From NCBI GenBank assembly GCA_010015585.1, contig ML975153.1: 64,000 nt of DNA; one strand, 5' to 3'. Made by a program: the position numbers and the translations under genes. This stretch comes from Eremomyces bilateralis CBS 781.70 (Eukaryota). The notes beneath the pieces were generated by a model. That model saw only the letters and a program-made list of their open reading frames with translations, searched no databases and was not told the DNA's origin. Shown piece after piece: positions 28,466-38,455 of the stretch (positions are counted from its first letter, which is position 1; each line of letters opens with the position of its first letter).

Positions 28466-29176
28466 ATGTCATACAAGGCGGGCCCTTCCTCCCGAGAGGG
28501 TCCAGTTTCGGCCATGGCAGTTGACGTGAACTTCGAGATATTCGAGTGGTACCCTGCGTACCAGAGCTGCCTGAAGTTCTTCCTCAACAACGCCCAGCAT
28601 GAATACCACGTTCAGGCTGTCGCAGCGTTTGTGAACATTTGTCTCCCCTTCCAGTGGGCTCCAGATCCTGTGGTGAACTACTCGGCTGCCTCGCCGACTG
28701 CACAGACAGCATCCGGCACATCGCAACCTCCGCACGCCAACCCTTGGACACAGCAAAGCGCACCATTCCAACCAGGCCGGTCCAGCCACTTCGTGTCGCT
28801 AATCCCATATATCAAGCGCCTGGTTGTGACCGCCTTCGATCAAGATGCCATCCTCCATGGGTTCTTCGGCGATGACTGGCGCAAAGGGATCGGGCCCCTC
28901 CATGAGTCGGAACGACGCAACTATATGTTCGCGGCGAAGAGCGTCGGCTGGGCACGAGTCAAACAACACTACGATATGTCGCCGCGGGAGAGCCTGCCCT
29001 TCATCAAGCCGCTTCAAAATGTCGAGCTGACGGAGATTGAGGCGGCCGAACGTTCCTGGAGCGGGTGGCTGGCGTTTGAGGATTGGATGATCGGGGAACG
29101 GGCGCCCGAGACCATGCGAGATCCAGGCTTTTCCGAGGGCGGCGGACCGAATATGAAGCCCAATACCATGATTTGA
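28466..29176 (+). CDS. Conserved ascomycete protein of unknown function
   Basis: GC3-rich ORF with FEIFEWYP.YQSC..FFL..AQH, SLIPYIKRLVVTAFD...LHGFFGDDWRKGIGPLHE.ERRNYMFAAKS and EDWMIG.RAP; probable 5' UTR intron at ~28329-28415. Confidence 0.75.
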   Translation: MSYKAGPSSREGPVSAMAVDVNFEIFEWYPAYQSCLKFFLNNAQHEYHVQAVAAFVNICLPFQWAPDPVVNYSAASPTAQTASGTSQPPHANPWTQQSAPFQPGRSSHFVSLIPYIKRLVVTAFDQDAILHGFFGDDWRKGIGPLHESERRNYMFAAKSVGWARVKQHYDMSPRESLPFIKPLQNVELTEIEAAERSWSGWLAFEDWMIGERAPETMRDPGFSEGGGPNMKPNTMI

Positions 29177-29995
29177 TATAACGACCCGAATATCCTTCAT
29201 CCTGGGCGCTCTGGGAGACGGCCAGTCGTGGCAGGAGTGTCCAGATGCTCCATTTTCCTGGCAAATGTTCTGTCATAGCAAGAGTTGGCTTGGTTTAAAC
29301 CGTGCGCGTTTACTTTTTCTAATAGGGAGTTCTTTCTTGGTATAGGCTGGAAAAAGCTTTGCTAGAAGCTCGCATTAGATGTTGCCGGCATTATCCAATG
29401 CATCATTGGGTCTGGGAGACTCGATGGATCTGTCCTGGAATTGGAGACAGAGGTCGCTTGGGACCGCATTCAGAGTTATCATGCTGGCGACGCTTTCAGT
29501 CAGCATGGAACTATCGGGATCAGATTTTCATCCATACGACTACGATAAGCATGAAATATTGCATTATTCATAGTGCTATGCTGCTATCTTCGATGCTACC
29601 AATGTTATTTGCAGTATTCCCCTCCACGCCACGTGAGAAGACCAGGGCCCTCAGCCCTAACGGTTAAATTTCGGAAACGCATTTGTCCGTGTCACGTGGA
29701 ACCCAACCACACCCAGCATTCCAACAACAGGAGATGCGAACCCGCAAGCGGGTGTCGCTTAAAGAGAGCCTGGAGGAACGAAGCTAGAGTTTATAATTTT
29801 CGAACGTCCTAAAAAAAAGCTCGAATTATATTCACATAGCCGCGCCGCCCTCCTTTACTCTCTAAAACAACCAGACGGCAAGAAGACCTCTGTTTTGGGG
29901 TGTCTATTTGCCTATATGACTCACACGGCGCGACCTCCATCGATGCTCACTCCTCCACACGACGCCAGCTTCAGATGCTCATGCTTTAGACCCTC

Positions 29996-30943
29996 TCAAA
30001 TGTTGTACAAACGAGTTATACCCATGGCCCATGCCTCGAGATTAGCCGCGCTTAACGAGACGTCCTGCTCAGCGGCCGCTTTAGGGCGCCGCATGATCTT
30101 CTCAAAAGGCAGCACAAATGGCGCACCAGTGATGATTGGGGGTGTCGATCTGAGGTCAATCGTCGTAGCTGCCATGCACATCGCGATATCTCGAACTCCG
30201 AGTGGCACGGATCGCGTTCGATTAGTGTCAGCAACGGTGACGAGCTCGTGCCGTTCAAGGCGGAAGGTACGTTCGGATTTGTTAAATGAAGCTAGAACCA
30301 CCATTCGAGTATTGTTTGGGGGCAATTGAGCCGATAGCCACCATTGTGCATCAATATAAAGATGCCCTAAGCACTCTGTCCAACCGGCCTCGATAACTAC
30401 GGCGGGCCATGGCGGGGGGATAGAAGGTGTTATTGAGCTGTCCGCCTCCTTGAATGAATGGCCTGAGCGATGGTGGCACCGGCCTGATCCGGAACCCGTA
30501 AACTCCAGATTAAGCCGGAGACCCATAAGCCTCAACTGCATGGTTATTTCGGAATGCAAGTTGACGTGCATGTTCTCGTGTACATGGGTCACCATCCTGA
30601 CGATTAATTTATCATCATCAAGTTGTAAACGAACTGGGTAACGGAGTCGGTCGATATAGGTGAGCTTCGAGTGGTCAAAGGCCAGAAAAACGATCCATCG
30701 CTGTGTATTGCCTCCGCCGTCACCGTCCAGAGCTCGCAGACGATCTGCAACAGCACGCTTGAAATTGGCAACGCTGAATCGCAGTACTTGGGCTTGTTCG
30801 AGTCCTGCAACTGGTAGAATCTTAGGAGTCATTTCATCGAACGGTGGGGTTTCTGTAGTTCGAGAGGTTGGAGAAGTTGGCGAAGTTAGAGAAGTTGGCG
30901 AAGTTAGAGAAGTTGGCGAAGTTAGAGAAGTTGGAGAAGCCAT
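29996..30943 (-). CDS. Putative PD-(D/E)XK restriction-endonuclease-fold protein (Uma2/Crinkler-REase-like) with N-terminal Ser/Pro/Thr repeats
   Basis: Intronless ORF with L.VRM....HE, G.G......KEADSS..P....WP.VVIEAGWTE....L..DA.WWL, a pattern typical of fungal REase-fold expansions; the start could instead be ATG 30943 or further upstream. Confidence 0.65.
   Translation of the reverse strand: MASPTSLTSPTSLTSPTSLTSPTSPTSRTTETPPFDEMTPKILPVAGLEQAQVLRFSVANFKRAVADRLRALDGDGGGNTQRWIVFLAFDHSKLTYIDRLRYPVRLQLDDDKLIVRMVTHVHENMHVNLHSEITMQLRLMGLRLNLEFTGSGSGRCHHRSGHSFKEADSSITPSIPPPWPAVVIEAGWTECLGHLYIDAQWWLSAQLPPNNTRMVVLASFNKSERTFRLERHELVTVADTNRTRSVPLGVRDIAMCMAATTIDLRSTPPIITGAPFVLPFEKIMRRPKAAAEQDVSLSAANLEAWAMGITRLYNI
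30862..30939 (-). repeat. Coding minisatellite, 9/18-bp period, encoding SPTSLT repeats
   Basis: (gagaagttggcgaagtta) x3 plus partial units on +. Confidence 0.9.
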
Positions 30944-31360
30944 AATGGTGAGCTGGGACTTCTCATATGCGGGCAAGTCCGTTCGTTGAAGAAGTTGCGT
31001 TGGAGATGAGCGGCTTGATTTCAGCTAAAGGCGTACCTTCGTAGTCACGGTCCTAACTAGTGGTCAGGGCGGGCCGTCGCTTTCCTTGGAACCAAAGGGG
31101 ACCCTTTCCTTTAGCGCGTGACAGGATGGAGCTGATCATGTTCTCCCGGTAGAGGATGTCTCGATCAATGTGATGAGTTAATAGATATTTCTAAAGAGTG
31201 CCGGTGGAAAACCCTCGGACGATAGGAGTGAGCTAATGACCGGGAGGATCGAGGGCTGTGGGCAACGATCGCTACGGCAGTGAGATCGGGTATACCAACA
31301 ACGGAAGCCTGCAAAAACGGCGGCCAACTTGCCGTCATTTCTTTTACTCTATTGACAATC

Positions 31361-33460
31361 ATGATGCACCTACGGGTAAGTAATACAGCTTATTTGAAGG
31401 TTGAATCTATCTTAATCGGTGTAGGACTTTTCGAACGACACCCACATCGACCCTAGTATCACCACTGATACAAACTATGTTGAATTTAATACTACACCTA
31501 TCGACGACACTCGAGATCCTGTAGAGGACTCCGAGGGCTCTAATGACGGCCTTGACCACCAAACCGGCAGAGTACGACAGTCAAACTATCCCGAGGATTA
31601 TTCCGATGATAACCATGCTGCTGCGGATGGCGTAATGTCATAAACCTTGTTGCGGTTGAAGCGCCTGCTCAACCTGAGGCTGCAGCACCTGGAGGTTACC
31701 TCCATGTGCCTCGAGATGCCCAAGGCAGAGTACTAGGACTGCCGCAGTCCTATTTCAGGCCCATTCCGGACTTTATAGGAGAACACCAGCGTCCAGATGT
31801 GCATCTACCGTTTATAGACAACCCTCCGAGTCCTGCTGCCGACCTGCGGGTTAATGACCATTAATGCGACAGCGACGAATGTTTTTCGTGCGCGTATCTA
31901 CATAGTAATGGTCAAAATCTCGGGCCGATGCTTGGAGACGTTGCCCCAGACACCGACGAACAGCTCCATAATCGGTATAATCTTAGCCTTCTGCTTTTCA
32001 ACCGCGATGTATTCGAATATATTGCCGAGTCAACCAATCAATATGCACACCTACATGGAGCGGGTCAACCTGGACACCGCGCATGGCGAGATATACAGCC
32101 TGGCCATATCATGGTGTGGATGGGCACTAGCCGATGACATTCAGAGCCGTTTTCAACAGTATTATCAGCCTTCAAACTATCTCTCGATCGATGAGATCAT
32201 GGTTAAGTTTACTGGTCGCTCAAATGATATAATCAGTATCAAAGGCAAACCCATTCCGGTAGGATATAAGATATACGCATTAGCCGATTCTGGCTATGTG
32301 TATTCTTATCTCTTTTGCCTGGGCGGCAGGCATACCGCAGAGAACGCTATCGACTGTTATGGTCCCAGGCCTGCGGCCTGTTCCCTTGGTTGTGGCTGAA
32401 GACGTGGCTGGTGGATTATATCAGAGAAGCAAACAAACATGGTAACACAGCATTAGGGCATTGGAGAGGAGAGTCGCTATCTCGCGCACAAAAGGTGCCG
32501 GGAGATTTCTTCTCTCTCTCTCTCTCTCTCTTCAGTTTAGATTAATGGAACTTGGTAATCGCAGACCTTGCGCATCCAGACCGTGTCATCGACATCACTT
32601 AAATCTATGGGTTGACCTATAACCCTCCAGAAGACACCCCATTATCTCTAACATCTCGCGCGGTTGTTCAACTGGTCTTACCGCTTATAGAGAAACCTGG
32701 TCGCTTTATTCTCTTTATGGATAACTTATTTGCCAATATTCGGCTACTATCAGTTCTTCGGAGACTCGGTATCGGTGCATGCGGTACGACCAGGGCAAAC
32801 TATAGTGAATATCTGCGGCAACATGCTATTATTTCGAAGAAAGGATGTACCTGGCCCTGGAACAAGCAGGAGACACTCTGCGTTCGAGATGTTGCGTCAC
32901 TCCTCTGGAAGGACAGAGTACTCGTACGCTTTCTATACACTGTTTTCCCATCAGAATCTAGCGATGCGGTACATCGCCGGCGCCCTCGAGTCACTGGTAC
33001 CAGGGAGGCTCGCGAGGTTGCAGAGATATGGGGGGATGAACCAGAAGCAATGATTCAACAGCCGCTTGCCCCGATCTATTATAACAGCTTTATGGGCGGT
33101 GTTGACATAGCAGACTAGAGGCGATCATACTACACATCGCACGTTCGCGGGTCAAAGAACTGGCAGTCTTTGCTATATTTTCTTATCGACACCGCAATCA
33201 CCAACGCATTCCTCATTGCCAAAGTCAAATGGACAAGATCGAGCCGCAAATGCGTGCTAAATCTTAAGGATTTTCGCAACGAGCTATCGTGGTGTCTTGT
33301 CATCAAGGGAATCTCATTGATTCATGGGAATAACTGGGCCAAAGACTTCTAAGAAGGTGTGTTACCGCATACCAAAGGCCGCAAGCACCAGCGAGGGTCT
33401 AGAGGTTCTTATGTAAATGACAACGCCGTATTCCCGAACGCCGGCGACAGCAGAATGGAG
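31361..33460 (+). mobile_element. Degenerate piggyBac transposon relic; ends not defined
   Basis: Fragments FEYIAESTNQYA, LSIDEIMVKFTGRS..I..IKGKPIPVGYKIYALADSGY, FMDNLFAN..L...LR..GIGACGT.R.N, YNSFMGGVDIAD*RR and W..L.YFLID.AI.NA in different frames, with deletions and insertions. Confidence 0.9.
32511..32530 (+). repeat. (TC)10 microsatellite
   Basis: Read directly; lies in a non-transposase insert within the piggyBac relic. Confidence 0.9.
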
Positions 33461-33806
33461 AATAGTACTAGTATATACTAATTAGGTTTAGCGGGTTCTA
33501 AATTAGGATAAACGCAGTCACAACGCTCTTAGTGTTACGCCATTATGAAATTGACAGGGATCAAAGTGTTGTAAAATCATGGTAAGGGATAGAGGTGAAA
33601 ACGACGAGGATCACACCAACGATCCCGAGGAGAATCTAATAGTAGTGTACGCATAACGCAAGTGTCAACGCGCAATGGTCGACGTTTACAATAAGTAGAC
33701 ATGTGTCTGTGCACACCCCCGAAAATCACCAATTCACCATTCACCAAATCTGATCGCCATACACCGTATCTTGAGATACGCTGAAAAACACATACAAATG
33801 CAAATT

Positions 33807-34916
33807 CAGTCTACTTTTTTGATTTCTTAATTGGGAAATATCTAATATTTCGTATGCCACCNNNNNNNNNNNNNNNNNNNNNNNNNNNNNNNNNNNNNNN
33901 NNNNNNNNNNNNNNNNNNNNNNNNNNNNNNNNNNNNNNNNNNNNNNNNNNNNNNNNNNNNNNNNNNNNNNNNNNNNNNNNNNNNNNNNNNNNNNNNNNNN
34001 NNNNNNNNNNNNNNNNNNNNNNNNNNNNNNNNNNNNNNNNNNNNNNNNNNNNNNNNNNNNNNNNNNNNNNNNNNNNNNNNNNNNNNNNNNNNNNNNNNNN
34101 NNNNNNNNNNNNNNNNNNNNNNNNNNNNNNNNNNNNNNNNNNNNNNNNNNNNNNNNNNNNNNNNNNNNNNNNNNNNNNNNNNNNNNNNNNNNNNNNNNNN
34201 NNNNNNNNNNNNNNNNNNNNNNNNNNNNNNNNNNNNNNNNNNNNNNNNNNNNNNNNNNNNNNNNNNNNNNNNNNNNNNNNNNNNNNNNNNNNNNNNNNNN
34301 NNNNNNNNNNNNNNNNNNNNNNNNNNNNNNNNNNNNNNNNNNNNNNNNNNNNNNNNNNNNNNNNNNNNNNNNNNNNNNNNNNNNNNNNNNNNNNNNNNNN
34401 NNNNNNNNNNNNNNNNNNNNNNNNNNNNNNNNNNNNNNNNNNNNNNNNNNNNNNNNNNNNNNNNNNNNNNNNNNNNNNNNNNNNNNNNNNNNNNNNNNNN
34501 NNNNNNNNNNNNNNNNNNNNNNNNNNNNNNNNNNNNNNNNNNNNNNNNNNNNNNNNNNNNNNNNNNNNNNNNNNNNNNNNNNNNNNNNNNNNNNNNNNNN
34601 NNNNNNNNNNNNNNNNNNNNNNNNNNNNNNNNNNNNNNNNNNNNNNNNNNNNNNNNNNNNNNNNNNNNNNNNNNNNNNNNNNNNNNNNNNNNNNNNNNNN
34701 NNNNNNNNNNNNNNNNNNNNNACCGCGCGTCGAGAGACGCGAAAGTTGCGCGCGATTTCAGTCTTTGGTTTCCCATCTTCAACAGCCTGAATAATCCCAG
34801 CTCTTTGAGAGACTGATAACTCCTTATTAGGCCTTCGATTACCACTAATTTCTGTGCCAAAAGACCTCATTTTGGTAAAGTTATTGATTGTCCAAGTAAG
34901 TGGTGGGTGTAGACTG
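33807..34916 (-). mobile_element. Tc1/mariner (Tc1-like) transposon spanning an assembly gap; transposase 33842-34870
   Basis: N-terminus MRSFGTEISGNRRPNKELSVSQRAGIIQAVEDGKPKTEIARNFRVSRR (HTH-like) and C-terminus WHTKY* (Tc1-type G.TKY end), 342 codons if the gap size is right; candidate termini CAGTCTAC at 33807 and GTAGACTG|TA at 34909-34918. Confidence 0.75.
33862..34720. other. Assembly gap, 859 N
   Basis: Run of N. Confidence 1.
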
Positions 34917-35120
34917 TAGAGATATCAGCTGAGACTGGGGTCTGTGCGCAGACTCTTGGCTTAGACGCTTATTTAGTACTTTATCTACGGAAGTCAGGGC
35001 AGCGGGAAAATCCATACACTAAGATACGTCTGGCGAATGCTCAGACCAAAGACCTCATAGTATCTGTTTAGAAATAGTCGTAGTAAAGCTTTCTCATTCG
35101 TAAGTGCCCGAAGATCTAAT

Positions 35121-37380
35121 TTAAATGATAATTACAGTTTCTTCCATCCAATGCTCTCTCCTCAGCTCCGCAACCACATCATTAGCAAGCTTGTGCTCCT
35201 GTCCTCTTTGCACCGGCGGACCCAGTCGAGCAGATAAGGAATTTTCAAAATCCTCCATTTTTGCAATGGCACTTGGCGATGCCGCATATTGTATAGGAAT
35301 ATGCCAGAGAGTGAGCACTCCAACACGACGATACTCGTTTTCCTTCTTAGAGCCAGTAGCCTCTAGCACAAGCAGATCCATAGTATCAATACCTTCAAGC
35401 ATTTGAAGTACTGCGAAGTGGCCTCCAGGAGGAGAAGAGTATCTGTCCTCTACGTTTCCTGAACTCTCCTCTTCCAGAGTCGCCGAAATATACTGCTCCA
35501 GTTTTGATATTGGTTCTCCCGCAGACTTCAATTCGCCGTTGTAAAGCCTTGGGATTTTCTTCAACGGGCCGGTGATGGTCAAACTCCCACGTTTTACGGA
35601 TCCAAATGGTTGAAGGACATCCATAAGCTCGACCTGTACGTCATCAATTTGCGATAAGGCCTGGAGATGAGTGCTGTGCTTTTGGCTGTTCTTTATACGT
35701 TGATATCCAATACTGGCCCAGCTCCAAGATGGAAAGTCCGCGTTTACCGCTCGCATGGTCTCTGTAGACCGTCGAGGAACAAGCTTGGCGCCTTCGACGT
35801 GCCACATAAGCCCTCTGATCAAGTCCGGTTTCCAGAGCCCGGCAACGTATTCACGGCATCGGATCATGTTGCCGAATACTTGGGCAAGCCCTGAGATTGC
35901 CACAAGACGATCGCTGATATTTTTGAATCTTCTCGGCGTGTATTCCTCAATTAGGTTGTACCAGAGCCGAAAGGTTTCGGGTTCCAAAAGGAGTCGAGAG
36001 TCCAAGTTTCCTGGTAAATATCTCGGCAATATTTTAAATATCATAAATGTGTCCAGTTTCCATATCCATCCAGAACCAAAAGCTATATCATCAGAGAATG
36101 CCGAGACTTCCTCTATCGCGCTCTGCAGACATTGGGTTACGCCCCTTTCGAATCTTATCTCTTCGTGACACTTCCAAATCATTTGAGAAGATGTGTAGTG
36201 CAATAGGCGACTAGGAAGTAGGCCTTCTTGCATTGTCCAGCCTCGGTTAGTCCAGTGCCCATTGATGTGATCGTTGCTCTTGTCCCATTCTGGCGAGAGA
36301 AAAACTTTCGTGATAGGTCCAGCATCATTGAAATTGTCTGGCTGATTACTAGAACGAGGGATTGGGATATACCGTAATTCCCGCTCCTTCAAAAAGCCGT
36401 CCTTAACGGACTCCTCGCTGGCAACGACAAGAGTTAGCACCGATCCTCCGTAGATTTCGCTCATTTTGGGCGCTTGTTCAGTCCAATCTTTTCCGTCGTC
36501 GTCTTGAGTGATGCATAGAGCATCGATCCAGATGTAAGGGATATTCAAAGCTCTAGAAACCAGTATGGCATCCTGGATTGTACGATCGAGTGTTTCCAAA
36601 GGGATTCCACGCTTCAGCGCATCTAAGTTATCCAGGCTAAGCTTTACCGAAGGTTCTTGTCCCCAGCAGTAGCTTAGAGATAGCCATGTCACCTGCTGAG
36701 AACTAGGTGATGATTCAACGAGGAATGGAATCTGTGATTCGTCGCCAACATTGATCAACCGTTTTGGCGGTTTGTGCAATTCAGCAGGTGGTTTGCAAGA
36801 GTCATGGTTCTTTAAACAGCGCTCTAGCCAGATCGATGCAATGTTAAGAGCTGTATTAGAGCCCGAATTCAGTTCCATCCTCCTTAAAACTGGTGGTGAA
36901 TCGTCCTCTTTGATCGCGCAAAGTTCGAAGATTTTATTGAATGGAGGGCAATGTTAGTTTTCAGTACTAAATTCTTTAAAAAAAAGAACACTTACCATTG
37001 CTTTCATCCATATAAATATCAAGTTGACATAGCTCAATCAGCCGTTCCTTCGTATCATAATACACTCCAACGCCGCTACCAGCGGCATGGAAGACTATTT
37101 CCAAGCCTCTTGCTTCCTCCGCATTAGCGGCTTTTCGATCCCTTTCCCGTCTCTGAAAAGTTTCAAATATAATTTCGCAAAGATTACAATGAGTGCTTGA
37201 TTTCTCGACCTCGAAAATGTCGTCGTGATGTCTGAACTTAGGCGAGTTATCAGACGGAAAAGAGTTATAGTCATAGATTTCGCCATTGCTAATGGCTTCC
37301 TGTCTACCCCGACACTGTTGAAGGCAGGCAATGAGAAGTGCTCGAAAGTCTACTCTTTGGCACACCGTGCATAGCGACAT
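35121..37380 (-). CDS. HET-domain (heterokaryon incompatibility, TOL-like) protein, 2 exons
   Basis: WLERC...H..C, P.RLINV, LSLSYCWG, TIQDAI.V.R.L.I.YIWIDALCITQD, M.EIY, W..RGWTMQE.LL..R.L, DRL.AISGLA, Y.AGLW, PSWSWAS; exon 1 starts MSLCTVCQ; proposed intron 36908-36995. Confidence 0.92.
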
Positions 37381-38455
37381 TTTTAGACACTGAAGTGGAC
37401 TAGAATGAAGCAAGGCTATGTTAAAGAGCAAGAAGGAGGAATTACTTAAGAATTCCCAGTATCTATTTCATTTCTTCCACGAATATGTTAGAGGATTAAG
37501 AGGAAGAACAACGAGGCGCTCGCAAAATGGAAAAAGGTAGGGAGTGTAATGGTCTTGACTGGAGCCTATGCATGTGGCTGAGTGGCTCCGACGTGGCTCT
37601 TTGCCTGGCGGCCTGGAGAGGCATAGCACTGGCAGGCGGGGTAAGGCACAAGCAACACGTGATTACCTGCATGATTGCCTGACCCCCGGCCCTACAGATA
37701 TACAAGACTCATGGCAAGATTATTAATGCAGTTTCTAGCCTCAGGCTCCTATAGATGATACCTTGGTCTGCGACACACGACAGTTATTACCTGGTGGTGT
37801 CAGGTCGAAGGTTGGGGCTGCGTGGGTGTATCATATCGTTGAAATCTATTGTGTTTTTGGGGCGCCGAGCCAGGAACCAATCGCCAAGGGAACTTGGGCG
37901 AATATAGGCCGGAAGCGGGTAGTCCAGATACAAGTAGGCCGGAAGCGGGGGGTTCGATACGAAGTTTACAAAACGCACACGTGAAAAAAATCATGTGATT
38001 TAAGTTTGGGTTGGGAAGTCGGTAGCTTACTTACGGGGCCCAAGAAACCTTACGGAACTTCGTTCCTCCAGGCAATTCTCTCCTTTCTGTGGAACGGAAA
38101 TGTGGATGGCTGCAACTGTCCAACATGAAGCTGAGGCCTGAGTCGACTTGGAGTCGTTGACACAGAAAAAAAGAAGCAAACGAAATTATCCAGATAACCA
38201 GTTGATATCTAATCCTCAGCATACGAAAAATCCGGCGCTCATAGCGGCCATTGTCGTATTAATTAACGGCATTGTATACGATGGTTTGGGCATCGTTCCG
38301 ACAAAAGTCCTCTAAACTTGCTAGCCATGTCCATTCAACGACCCCTTGATCGTTTCGAATGACTGCTGGATCGTATTTCCGTGAATTCTCATTCCTAATA
38401 ATTGCGGCACCATCGGGCCTCTCTGCGGCGGAGGGCCAAATTAGCATCAAGAGCA

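Noticed and set aside
29740..29753. Helitron 3' hairpin (ACCCGC-AA-GCGGGT)
   Set aside because: No CTRR terminus at the expected distance on either strand and no Rep/helicase remnants
31848..31854. piggyBac terminus GGG|TTAA
   Set aside because: It lies inside the transposase remnant and I found no matching TTAA|CCC partner
29700..38040. Starship giant transposon (HET cargo, TTAC motif near 38027)
   Set aside because: No DUF3435 tyrosine-recombinase captain is visible and I found no matching direct repeat at the other boundary
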